Below, in pieces: positions 39,466 through 48,641 of a stretch of DNA of 64,000 bases. The translations under genes were made by a program, and so were the position numbers. Each line of letters opens with the position of its first letter. The stretch's first letter is position 1. The stretch is from an uncultured Gammaproteobacteria bacterium (GTDB lineage Bacteria; Patescibacteriota; Patescibacteriia; Magasanikbacterales; GWA2-37-8). The DNA is taken from the NCBI GenBank assembly GCA_964407865.1, contig CAYOXC010000001.1:267978-331977 (forward strand). The letters are read 5' to 3'. The notes below the pieces were generated by a model. That model saw only the letters and a list, made by a program, of their open reading frames with translations, searched no databases and had not been told where the DNA came from.

Positions 39466-40011
39466 TTATTTTATAATATTTACTCCGACCGGCAAACTCT
39501 TCATGATAACCTCTAAATCTATGATGGAATAGTTGTTACCAGACAGATTCAGGGTTTTCAAGTTTTTCAAATTCCCCAATTCATAAGGCAAACCAGTCAG
39601 CTGGTTGTTGGACAAATCCAATACTTCCAGATTTTTTAACTGGCCCACTTCCGCCGGTACACCAGTCATCTGATTATTGCTTGCGTTTAACACGCGAAGC
39701 GCCTGTAAATGTCGAATCTCGGCTTGAATCGCGCCGGTTAATTTATTGCCTGAAACATCCAATTCCTGCAGATTAGTCTGCTTAAAAACTGAATCGGGAA
39801 TCTTGGTTAAATTCTGATTGCTCAAATCCAATTTTTTGCTCGATGGAACTGACACATCTTCCGTTGGCGCGGATTTTTCGTTTTCCGTTATCGCACTGTC
39901 GCCCGCAGGAGTTTTCTTATCAGCATTTGTATCTGGCTGTACCCAATTGACTATGGCACAACCGCCAAGAAACAAACTCGCTAACGCAACCACAAAAAAT
40001 ACTTTTTTCAT
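39466..40011 (-). CDS. Leucine-rich-repeat lipoprotein
   Basis: 181 aa; lipobox LGGC; at least 5 LRR units (LxxLxLSxNxLTGxP). Confidence 0.75.
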   Translation of the reverse strand: MKKVFFVVALASLFLGGCAIVNWVQPDTNADKKTPAGDSAITENEKSAPTEDVSVPSSKKLDLSNQNLTKIPDSVFKQTNLQELDVSGNKLTGAIQAEIRHLQALRVLNASNNQMTGVPAEVGQLKNLEVLDLSNNQLTGLPYELGNLKNLKTLNLSGNNYSIIDLEVIMKSLPVGVNIIK

Positions 40012-40019
40012 ACAACAAA

Positions 40020-40709
40020 TTAAGTTATTTTATAAACTACATCTTTTCTCTCCACTACCACTTTCCAGCCGGCGCGCTTTGCGTGCAAATAAAGTTTTTT
40101 GTTTGGATTAAAACAAATCGGATTGTCCACCATTTTTAAAAAAGCAATATCCATTTCAGTATCCCCTACGCCATAAGAATCCTTAAGGGTCAGGCCTTCT
40201 TTTTTAGCCGCTCTCTTTAATGTTTTAGCTTTATCGCGGGCTAGATCCTGAAACAAAACCTTTCCCGTAAATTTATTATTTTTACCAACTTCTAACTTTG
40301 TGCCATAGGCCTTGTCAAAACCCCAACCACGACAAAACTCTCGCACGATTTCAAACGGCGATCCTGAAATGGCCAATAAATAATATTTTTTCTTTTTCAA
40401 ATCTTTTATCAGCGCCCGGGTATGTCGGTAAACACGATTTTTATGAAAATTACTAACCGTCTTTACCACTTTCAAAAAATCATCATAATCAACCCCTGTA
40501 ATATGCTTAACAAATACAGCCACCACCGCTTCAATATATTTTTCATAACTACCTTTGCGTTCTGACCAATTTTTGTAGGCTCTGGCATAACCAGATCTGG
40601 CGGCAGGGGGAAACAAACCCTCTTGTACCAAGGATTCCACAACTTCAATCAGCAGGCTTGAACGAAAAATCGTCCCGTCAATGTCAAATATTGCGACTTT
40701 TTTAGTCAT
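40020..40709 (-). CDS. HAD-superfamily hydrolase (copy 1)
   Basis: 229 aa; FDIDGTI motif I; GVGDTEMD motif; 98-99% nucleotide identity to copy 2 at 42363-43046. Confidence 0.8.
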   Translation of the reverse strand: MTKKVAIFDIDGTIFRSSLLIEVVESLVQEGLFPPAARSGYARAYKNWSERKGSYEKYIEAVVAVFVKHITGVDYDDFLKVVKTVSNFHKNRVYRHTRALIKDLKKKKYYLLAISGSPFEIVREFCRGWGFDKAYGTKLEVGKNNKFTGKVLFQDLARDKAKTLKRAAKKEGLTLKDSYGVGDTEMDIAFLKMVDNPICFNPNKKLYLHAKRAGWKVVVERKDVVYKIT

Positions 40710-40718
40710 TTCAAAAAA

Positions 40719-41243
40719 TTAAGGCGCTTCAACATTTCCGGCACTCGGATTCGGGTCGTGCGGATCAGGGCATTCCTGATCAAAATTCGCCTGGACGGTG
40801 CAAAGGGTACCGTCGATACGCTTGCACATCGGAGTTTCCGTGCCTACCCCCTCAACTTTGCCGCCGGTAATGGCGCAGTATATTTGCGCGTCGTTTTCAT
40901 AACCGGTTATTTTTAGCCCACCCTCCGGACACTCGCCCCGGAAAAGCGCCCACTCCTCGCACTGCCGGTTATCTTCAAACAAGCAGACCCCGTATTGTCC
41001 CGCTTTATTTTCCCGCATTTCAATCGTGCCGCCTTTATCTATGCAGTTAGTCGAGGCGGGATTAGCCATGCCAATGACTGGAGCTTGCTCCGCCGGCTCT
41101 TCCGACGTCGATGTCATGTCGCCGGCTGTTTCAGCTGTCTTTTCGCCGTTCAGCCGATTAACCGTATCCGTTCTCATGAAATACCACGACAATGCCGCGA
41201 TCACCACCACTGCCGCGACGACTAGAATGATTTTCTTGACCAT
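40719..41243 (-). CDS. Secreted/membrane-anchored Cys-rich hypothetical protein
   Basis: 174 aa; N-terminal TM; 8 Cys in the mature region. Confidence 0.5.
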   Translation of the reverse strand: MVKKIILVVAAVVVIAALSWYFMRTDTVNRLNGEKTAETAGDMTSTSEEPAEQAPVIGMANPASTNCIDKGGTIEMRENKAGQYGVCLFEDNRQCEEWALFRGECPEGGLKITGYENDAQIYCAITGGKVEGVGTETPMCKRIDGTLCTVQANFDQECPDPHDPNPSAGNVEAP

Positions 41244-41264
41244 AAAAATATATTAAATTAATTA

Positions 41265-41666
41265 CTATTCAATTATACGCCTTCCCGCCTTAATCCGCGA
41301 ACGATGTATTTTGGATTCCTGTCGGCGTAGCTTTGACGCCTTGGTCGGTTTGGTCGGACGGCGAATCTTTGGTACATGCAAAGCGCGGACAACAAGCGCT
41401 TCCAGACGGGCAATAGCGAGCACCCGGTTCCGTCCCTGCGTTCGTTCCTCTTCGGATACAACCACCACCTCGTCGTTCAGATTTATCCGGTAGGCAAGTT
41501 TCACTCGAATCCGCGCCTTTTCATCGTCGGACAAAACGCGCGAACGTCCCACTTTCCAATGCACTGTCGCTTTAGTCGAGGTTTTGTTCACATTTTGCCC
41601 GCCCGCGCCCGATGACCGGGAAAATGTCACCAAGAGTTCGGATGGCGGAATACGACGTTGGTTCAT
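41265..41666 (-). CDS. arfB: Alternative ribosome-rescue factor ArfB (peptidyl-tRNA hydrolase, RF-1 domain)
   Basis: 133 aa; GGQ motif (SGAGGQNVNKTSTKA); basic C-terminal tail. Confidence 0.8.
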   Translation of the reverse strand: MNQRRIPPSELLVTFSRSSGAGGQNVNKTSTKATVHWKVGRSRVLSDDEKARIRVKLAYRINLNDEVVVVSEEERTQGRNRVLAIARLEALVVRALHVPKIRRPTKPTKASKLRRQESKIHRSRIKAGRRIIE

Positions 41667-41796
41667 ATTATACCCCGATTTTTTAAATCCACCTTTCCCC
41701 TAATTCATCGGAATCCTATCCGATAATTCCTAAATTTTATGGGTGTGGATAATTTTTTAAAAACCTTTAGTTCTAGGAGGGACAAATCGAATATAT

Positions 41797-42249
41797 TCAA
41801 CGCTTCCTGTGTAATAAGAAAAAAAATAGAACTAAAAAAATTATGGCAATAAAAAATACAATATAAATTTGGGGATAAACAAAATGAGCTGTATACAAGA
41901 GAACTGCCGTAATAATCGCCGCTAAAAATAATCCTAACACTCTTCGTTTAGCCACTTTTTTCGGGTCCGAAGACGCCAACTGTTTGCATCTTTTTTTCGC
42001 GTAAGCCCAGGATGAGAACGAGATGTGTCCTTCCCCAGCGATCCAAGGATCATCACCAAACATGGTGTACTGTTCGTACAATTGAGAAAAAGATTTACCC
42101 TTTCCTTTCATGGAATTACAATTTTTATCAACAATTTCCTTACAAACCCGTATTGCTTCATCCAAGCTATCATATTCATCAAACAAAATACGGTAATTTT
42201 TGTCCTGATAATGAAAATTGTCATCTACATAAACTCTGTATTTCCCCAT
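41797..42249 (-). CDS. Hypothetical protein with C-terminal TM helix
   Basis: 150 aa; sits between the full arfB and its truncated duplicate. Confidence 0.45.
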   Translation of the reverse strand: MGKYRVYVDDNFHYQDKNYRILFDEYDSLDEAIRVCKEIVDKNCNSMKGKGKSFSQLYEQYTMFGDDPWIAGEGHISFSSWAYAKKRCKQLASSDPKKVAKRRVLGLFLAAIITAVLLYTAHFVYPQIYIVFFIAIIFLVLFFFLLHRKR

Positions 42250-42269
42250 ACAAAATTATATTAAATACG

Positions 42270-42350
42270 CTAAACATTTTGTCCGCCCGCGCCCGATGAG
42301 CGAGAAAATGTCACGAGAAGTTCGGATGGTGGAATGTGAACAGCGTTCAT
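42270..42350 (-). pseudogene. Truncated 5' fragment of arfB
   Basis: Translates MNAVHIPPSELLVTFSRSSGAGGQNV-stop. About 85% nucleotide identity to the first 75 nt of arfB at 41666; ends right after the GGQ motif. Confidence 0.6.
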
Positions 42351-42362
42351 AAAACTAAATAA

Positions 42363-43046
42363 TCAAAATTTATAAATAACATCTTTTCTCTCCACTACCA
42401 CTTTCCAGACGGCGCGCTTGGCGTGCAAATAAAGTTTTTTGTTTGGATTAAAACAAATCGGATTGTCCACCATTTTTAAAAAAGCAATATCCATTTCAGT
42501 ATCCCCTACGCCATAAGAATCCTTAAGGGTCAGGCCTTCTTTTTTAGCCGCTCTCTTTAATGTTTTAGCTTTATCGCGGGCTAGATCCTGAAACAAAACC
42601 TTTCCCGTAAATTTATTATTTTTACCAACTTCTAACTTTGTGCCATAGGCCTTGTCAAAACCCCAACCACGACAAAACTCTCGCACGATTTCAAACGGCG
42701 ATCCTGAAATGGCCAATAAATAATATTTTTTCTTTTTCAAATCTTTTATCAGCGCCCGGGTATGTCGGTAAACACGATTTTTATGAAAATTACTAACCGT
42801 CTTTACCACTTTCAAAAAATCATCATAATCAACCCCTGTAATATGCTTAACAAATACAGCCACCACCGCTTCAATATATTTTTCATAACTACCTTTGCGT
42901 TCTGACCAATTTTTGTAGGCTCTGGCATAACCAGATCTGGCGGCAGGGGGAAACAAACCCTCTTGTACCAAGGATTCCACAACTTCAATAAGCAAGCTTG
43001 AACGGAAAATTGTACCATCAATGTCAAATATGGCGGTTTTTTTCAT
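42363..43046 (-). CDS. HAD-superfamily hydrolase (copy 2)
   Basis: 227 aa; near-identical to copy 1 except at both termini. Confidence 0.8.
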   Translation of the reverse strand: MKKTAIFDIDGTIFRSSLLIEVVESLVQEGLFPPAARSGYARAYKNWSERKGSYEKYIEAVVAVFVKHITGVDYDDFLKVVKTVSNFHKNRVYRHTRALIKDLKKKKYYLLAISGSPFEIVREFCRGWGFDKAYGTKLEVGKNNKFTGKVLFQDLARDKAKTLKRAAKKEGLTLKDSYGVGDTEMDIAFLKMVDNPICFNPNKKLYLHAKRAVWKVVVERKDVIYKF

Positions 43047-43052
43047 AAAAAT

Positions 43053-43508
43053 CTATCTTTCAAATTCTTTAACAAATTTTAAATATTTTTTCTGTATATT
43101 TTCAGAAATTTTATCTATTCCTAATTTTTTAATACCTTCATAATACACAATTCGCGAGCATTCACCAAAATAAAAACCTTCTAGTGTTGCAACAAACAAC
43201 CAGGAGGGATCCCATCTTTTCATCTGTTTTTTTGCGGTTCTTATAATTTCATCAATATTAAATTTTGATTGGAATTTTACCTCAACCAAAAAGATGGACT
43301 TACCATCACGCATTATCAGAGCATAATCCGGAGCAGTGCGAATATTATCTACCACTTTTTTTGCACTCGGATTTTGAAATCGCGCTAATTCAGGAACAAT
43401 TTTTTCATACCCAAAAGGAATTACTGTATACCCCTTTGCCTCCCTAAACATTTCCTCAAAAATAACTTCTGCAATTTTTCCTTTAATAAAATTTTTCACA
43501 TTTTTCAT
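43053..43508 (-). CDS. Small PD-(D/E)xK-like nuclease-fold protein
   Basis: 151 aa; ...PDYALIMRDGKSIFLVEVKFQ... fits a D...(D/E)xK restriction-endonuclease-like core. Confidence 0.45.
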   Translation of the reverse strand: MKNVKNFIKGKIAEVIFEEMFREAKGYTVIPFGYEKIVPELARFQNPSAKKVVDNIRTAPDYALIMRDGKSIFLVEVKFQSKFNIDEIIRTAKKQMKRWDPSWLFVATLEGFYFGECSRIVYYEGIKKLGIDKISENIQKKYLKFVKEFER

Positions 43509-44983
43509 ACTTGTTTTCTTAAAAAATTATATAACTCTACCATGGCAAAAGTGTCACGCTCACAGTATTCCAAAAGTTGCTTTTTAACCTCCTCTTTATT
43601 CTTAACCTCTCCAAAAACCAAATCGTAAATTGCTTCCATCGCTTCTCCACCGCCCTGCACTTCCAAATCCACATAACTCAATTTAGGGAAAAGTACCGGT
43701 AAAACCGCCTTCAAAGACGCGCTACCTTTAAAGCGATAATCAACATATCCCTCTTTAAAAATCAATTTTAAATCTTTCATCCGACGGTTCACATCAGCCA
43801 TAAACTCAGCATATCTTGGAACCACTTCCCCTATCTCTTTATTTCTTCCTTTTTCAAAAACATCATGCCAAGCAATCACCGTACCAGTATCACCAATCTG
43901 TTCACGCAAAAATTTAGCGATCGGTTCAAAAGGTGAACTTTTAGAAATATGTAAATATTCATAATGCCTTACTTCGCCACCCGGCTCATCTTGAACATGC
44001 AGGGAATATTGCATGGGGATCTGTTGCCACGGTCGCGTACCGTCGAAAAGCGGTAGGGGTGAAGAAATGGTTTCGTAATCTAAATAATATAAAGGGTATT
44101 TATATTTTTCTAAACTTTCAGCAATTACCTCTTTATTAACTTCTACACTCTGCTTTTTCGTCAATTCAATTTGCCTAATTTGATCAACATGCATTTTTTC
44201 ACTTATAGGGATATCCTTCAACAACAAAATACCCTGTTCTACCAATTCATTTATTTTTTCTTGTCCAAAACGCCCGCTCAAATCATAGATACTATAATCA
44301 GGCAACCCCTTATAATATTCCTCGTACATGAGCGGCGGCAATTCGTATTCAAAACTTTTTTTCCAGGCCTTAACCTCCGGTTTTTTATCACCTATAATAA
44401 TTTCGTAAGCTCTATCCATCTCTTTTAATTCATCATCCAATCCAGCCATAATCTCATCGGTCATATCCTCAACAATAAACAATTTATTCAATTCCAGTCC
44501 TTTGTTAGCCCGGTAAACATACTCACGATTCAGGTGTATCAAATAAGCAGCTTTTATTTCAATGCCGGATAAATTAAAAACATTTACTTGAAATTGTAAG
44601 TCATGAATATATTTCGTCTTGTGTTTTTTAAAATCTGAACTACTTTTTACCTCATACAAATGCCAGCCATCTCTTTTTTTAACTAAAATATCCGCCCGTG
44701 CTAAAAATTTATCGGTCATGGCTTGGGCTTGGTAAATAACCTGAGCACCCTTGGTGATTAATTCCTGGGTTTCTTTGGATCCACTATCATAATAAGTCTT
44801 CACTTCTACTCCTTTTTCAAAAAGACCATGTGCCACTGCTTCTACTTCTTGGCCCTGGTGAAAAATCAATTTATCTTTTTCCTTCATCAGTTCCGGCTTG
44901 TGTTTGGCCAACCATGCATAAAGCGGACACTCCACATAACGCATGTAATCGGTTTTAGATATTACTGATAAGCGACTAGACAT
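43505..44983 (-). CDS. DUF2779-like protein with N-terminal RecB/Cas4-like nuclease module
   Basis: 492 aa; N-terminal ECPLYAWL...DILVKK...YEVKSSS (PD-(D/E)xK); C-terminal YYLDYETISSPLP RNase-H-like/DUF2779 pattern; 4-nt overlap with the downstream nuclease gene. Confidence 0.55.
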   Translation of the reverse strand: MSSRLSVISKTDYMRYVECPLYAWLAKHKPELMKEKDKLIFHQGQEVEAVAHGLFEKGVEVKTYYDSGSKETQELITKGAQVIYQAQAMTDKFLARADILVKKRDGWHLYEVKSSSDFKKHKTKYIHDLQFQVNVFNLSGIEIKAAYLIHLNREYVYRANKGLELNKLFIVEDMTDEIMAGLDDELKEMDRAYEIIIGDKKPEVKAWKKSFEYELPPLMYEEYYKGLPDYSIYDLSGRFGQEKINELVEQGILLLKDIPISEKMHVDQIRQIELTKKQSVEVNKEVIAESLEKYKYPLYYLDYETISSPLPLFDGTRPWQQIPMQYSLHVQDEPGGEVRHYEYLHISKSSPFEPIAKFLREQIGDTGTVIAWHDVFEKGRNKEIGEVVPRYAEFMADVNRRMKDLKLIFKEGYVDYRFKGSASLKAVLPVLFPKLSYVDLEVQGGGEAMEAIYDLVFGEVKNKEEVKKQLLEYCERDTFAMVELYNFLRKQV

Positions 44984-45295
44984 ATAATTATTTTATTTAA
45001 AGTATTATCCCACTTTAACCGACACAAAACAAGTAAAAACAAAAAAGCGGCTAAAAGATTCCATCTAAAAATTATGTGCCCATCTATAGTCTCTTGCGAA
45101 ACAGTAGAGGGTTACATGCTCTTCAAATGAAATCTTCCAACCGCCTTGGTGGTTTATCGTCAAAACCCGTTTTTTCGGGTTTTTTCGTTTGTTTTTACTA
45201 AAAAGTACTCGGATATACTATAGCACATTTTGACGATTTTGTCAATAGCTAGATTTGGCTAAGATTGGGCAAAATAAAATTTTATATTATTCAAT

Positions 45296-45452
45296 CTTCA
45301 TTATAACCAAGGGGATCGTCATTGTCTGGAAGCTTTTCATCCAATTCTAAAACCCGATTCTCTAATCCACTAATTCTATTATTAGTTCCTCTAAGACCCG
45401 CAAAAATAAGAATAATTGCAATTAGAAAAAATATATCCCAACCACTCATATT
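45296..45452 (-). CDS. Small single-TM protein (52 aa)
   Basis: MSGWDIFFLIAIILIFAGLRGTNNRISGLENRVLELDEKLPDNDDPLGYNED read from the sequence; below the ORF-track cutoff. Confidence 0.3.
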
Positions 45453-45458
45453 ATTTAG

Positions 45459-45734
45459 TTAATTTTTAAAAAAATCTTTAATCTCTTTTGGTAGTTTTGA
45501 TATTTTCATGCGGTTAATTAAATAACCTTTAGTCAGCAAGAATTTAACTCTATCCATATCTTTTTTGTCTTCCATATACAGTTCAGCGGCGTAATTCAAT
45601 AAACCAAAAGAAAAAATATCTTGAATCGGTAAATTTTTAAAATATTTCTTGTATTTTAAATAAAAATCAATTACAGCCTTTTCTTCTTCTTTTGAAAACT
45701 TCGGATACATTGTGTCAAAAACTTCTTTGGGCAT
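45459..45734 (-). CDS. Hypothetical protein
   Basis: 91 aa, Lys-rich; no recognisable domain. Confidence 0.4.
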   Translation of the reverse strand: MPKEVFDTMYPKFSKEEEKAVIDFYLKYKKYFKNLPIQDIFSFGLLNYAAELYMEDKKDMDRVKFLLTKGYLINRMKISKLPKEIKDFFKN

Positions 45735-45917
45735 AAAAAATAGTTTTTCTTATTATCCCACTTTAGCCGGTTTTGGACAAGTTCTAGATAAAACAAAACC
45801 CCGAAAAACGGGGCTTTGAAAAATAATTAGTTCGGCCGCGTTTAGTGCGATAATTTCAGCTGGCACAGCTTTTTCGACCATACATTTTCCGCTCCGCACG
45901 CGCGTCCTACTTTAAAT

Positions 45918-46091
45918 TATTTTTTAAAAATAAACCTTTCGTTACATTCTTTACACTCATAAATTGGGTGTTCTGGCATATTAATTGGTTTTCCCGGTAT
46001 ATAATCCTGAACATCTCCAAAACGAGAACCAGAATCTTCAATGTCAGTAGAATGACATTCTGGGCACTCTAATATATTTGTGGTTTTCATA
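45918..46091 (-). CDS. Small zinc-ribbon protein (57 aa)
   Basis: MKTTNILECPECHSTDIEDSG...IYECKECNERFIFKK with two CxxC pairs; strong RBS AGAGGAGGTG 8 nt upstream; hairpin terminator downstream. Confidence 0.5.
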
Positions 46092-46350
46092 ATATTTTCA
46101 CCTCCTCTCTTTTAATATTTATAACACTAAAATTTTATGATCGGCGCAGTTAAAATGCAAATCTGAAATTTCTCCTTTAAAATAAAGCAAAAAATGATTA
46201 ACTGATCAATTTTATCCACAGTTCAAAAACCCCGCATTTGCGAGGTTGGGTTTAAGTTTAGTACTTTGTCATTTTCGAGGATTGTTTGTGGATCGTCGAG
46301 CTGGCACTCTCATCACACTCTTAATCGTCACGAAGCCTCCTTTGTATATA

Positions 46351-47259
46351 TTATTTAAAAATATCTAAATATTTTTTTGATATGAATAAGCCGTTTTCTC
46401 TAATTTTTTCTGCATTCCATTTACGTTGTCGTAAAATATTTTTTGTCAAATAATTATTTTTTTCAATGTCGCGATAAACGGACTTTTTTTCTTTGAAACC
46501 CTTATCGCTAAGCGAAGAGTTGTCCGCATGTGCTAAAATTAACATATTACCAATCGATTGAATATAATACTTATAATAAAAATCTAACTTATCATCTAAT
46601 TCTAGAAAACGATTTGTTTCACGACTAACAATTGAATCTTTTGCAAGATCGTTCTTCACAATATCAAACCATTCTTTACGGAGGTTTAAAACTCCATTAT
46701 TCATGGTTTGTGGCATGATGTGTTCTAAAGTCTTATCAAATTTTTTAATATCTAATTCAGTAATGTTTGAACCTGCGTTCTTCTTAAGAACTCTAAACAA
46801 TAAATATATTACACCATTCTTTTTTGCACGTAACAATGTTAATCGTGATAATCTGTCAGAGTTATTTTGTTTTAGCTCAGTTAATTTTTTCTTTAATAAT
46901 GCATTTATTTTGGACAACGACCTTTTGTCGTTTAATTGCCACATCAAACTATAAAAGAAATTTTTTATTACTTGAGGTAACGCACCCTCTGACACATTTT
47001 GAAATAAAAATTGTATTGCTTCTACATATTTAATAGCCTCTAAGAAATCTTGGTTAAAACCTTTGGTGGTTTTAATAAATTTTAATAACAAAGGAAGATG
47101 TGATTTATATCCCAAATAATTAATGCAATCTATCGAGTCATTAATTTCTTTAATAATACGGGACCTGTTGGTCGATCTATTTTTTAACAAATCGTAATAC
47201 TTTAAATATTCGATTAATGATTTTAATATCAATAGTGTATCGTTGTTATTTCTTTTCAT
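46351..47259 (-). CDS. GmrSD-family C-terminal half (DUF1524 / HNH-like)
   Basis: 302 aa; LEHIMPQ motif typical of DUF1524; overlaps the upstream DUF262 gene by 4 nt. Confidence 0.6.
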   Translation of the reverse strand: MKRNNNDTLLILKSLIEYLKYYDLLKNRSTNRSRIIKEINDSIDCINYLGYKSHLPLLLKFIKTTKGFNQDFLEAIKYVEAIQFLFQNVSEGALPQVIKNFFYSLMWQLNDKRSLSKINALLKKKLTELKQNNSDRLSRLTLLRAKKNGVIYLLFRVLKKNAGSNITELDIKKFDKTLEHIMPQTMNNGVLNLRKEWFDIVKNDLAKDSIVSRETNRFLELDDKLDFYYKYYIQSIGNMLILAHADNSSLSDKGFKEKKSVYRDIEKNNYLTKNILRQRKWNAEKIRENGLFISKKYLDIFK

Positions 47260-48104
47260 GCATTCATTTTTAAAAAAGGCGTATGATTTTGACGATTAAA
47301 ATTATCTTCTTTTTTAGATTCAGCAAAACAAAAGTATTCAATAAAATTTTCTCTCTCACTATTCTTTGAAAAATAATTATAAAATTCATTCCATAATTTT
47401 AAGGCCTCAATCTGTTTTGATTGCGGGGTTTCGCTTAATAAATAATTTTTAATGAGATCGGCGCTTGATAATTCTACTCGTTTTGAATTAATTGCCTCAA
47501 AAATATCTGACTCCTCTGCAGTGTGACTTAACTCAATAATAACAAACTCAACACCTTGAAATATGAAATTATAAATTTGATTAATTTGTTTTTTTGTCAT
47601 ACCAGTAAAAAGCTCATCGAAAGTTTCGATTGCCAATACCACATTTTCTGATAAAGTTCTGTGTTCACTTGTATAGACATCAATATTATCGCCATTCCAA
47701 ATTACAGCCTTAAAAAATTCATTTCTTTGCGTTTCATTCAAATCAATGTCCAATCTTTGAAATGTGGTTTTACTAAACCATTGTTTTATATCTCTTTTAT
47801 TATCATCGTCGAGCTTGCCTGAACGCAATAAGCAACGTAATAAAATAATTATTGTAATTATGCGTTGTTGGCCGTCAACTATATAAACTTGTTTGTTTTT
47901 ATAGTCTTTAGTAAGCAATGTCCCCAGATATAAAGTACGTTTATCTTTAATACAAACCTCAATATCTGCTACCAACTGTTCAATTAATTCCCTATTCCAC
48001 GCATAAAATCTTTGATATGGCGGAATAACAATTGTATTTTGAAAAAATTTTGTTAAAAAAATACACGGCACCGGGCTTACTATATTTTTTTTAAAGTTTA
48101 TCAT
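47256..48104 (-). CDS. GmrSD-family N-terminal half (DUF262 / ParB-like nuclease domain)
   Basis: 282 aa; VIPPYQRFYAWNRELIEQLVADI matches the DUF262 [IV]PxYQRxYxW core. Confidence 0.7.
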   Translation of the reverse strand: MINFKKNIVSPVPCIFLTKFFQNTIVIPPYQRFYAWNRELIEQLVADIEVCIKDKRTLYLGTLLTKDYKNKQVYIVDGQQRIITIIILLRCLLRSGKLDDDNKRDIKQWFSKTTFQRLDIDLNETQRNEFFKAVIWNGDNIDVYTSEHRTLSENVVLAIETFDELFTGMTKKQINQIYNFIFQGVEFVIIELSHTAEESDIFEAINSKRVELSSADLIKNYLLSETPQSKQIEALKLWNEFYNYFSKNSERENFIEYFCFAESKKEDNFNRQNHTPFLKMNA

Positions 48105-48119
48105 ACTTTATAAAGCTTA

Positions 48120-48641
48120 CTAATTTGGATTAGATAGACCTAATTTAAATAATGGCAAATATTCAAAATAATATTGACAGCCCACAGAAATAATATAATC
48201 AAGGACGTCTTTATATTGTGGTTTACGAAACCAGTCGCTTAGTATATAAATATATTCAACTTCAATATTTAACGGCGCCATCAATTTAGCATACTGTTTT
48301 CTTTTAAAATCACAAGTCTGTAATTTTTCATCAACCGAGCCGGCAACTTTTTGAAATTTAACCTCAATAACAAATAATGTATTGTTAATAATTACATACA
48401 AGGCCTCATCAGGTAAAAGCTTTTTCGATAATATTTTTTTATAATTAACACCCTTAAATTCGAGAAATTTATATAAGGCATTTTTTCTATAGCTTCGCGC
48501 AACTTCTTTATCCTGAAAAAAAATTACCGAACCTTTAACAGCATATCCTTTTTTCTTTTTCAGAAGTGAAAGAATATCTATTTCCTTTTCAAAATTTAAG
48601 CCTGTAATAGTGTTTCCACCCCCAACGCCTTTTTCTTTCAT
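48120..48641 (-). CDS. Putative type II restriction endonuclease
   Basis: 173 aa; PDEALYVIINNTLFVIEVKFQ fits PD-(D/E)xK; 4-nt overlap with the methyltransferase gene. Confidence 0.5.
   Translation of the reverse strand: MKEKGVGGGNTITGLNFEKEIDILSLLKKKKGYAVKGSVIFFQDKEVARSYRKNALYKFLEFKGVNYKKILSKKLLPDEALYVIINNTLFVIEVKFQKVAGSVDEKLQTCDFKRKQYAKLMAPLNIEVEYIYILSDWFRKPQYKDVLDYIISVGCQYYFEYLPLFKLGLSNPN

Noticed and set aside
39323-39532. 69-aa plus-strand ORF between the membrane-protein and LRR genes
   Set aside because: Overlaps the LRR lipoprotein start in antisense. A 37-aa minus-strand TM peptide (about 39320-39432) is more plausible but too short to call confidently.
41026-42299. Small ORFs antisense to arfB, the Cys-rich protein and the 41797-42249 gene
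   Set aside because: Shadow frames; several are merely the reverse complement of the annotated genes.
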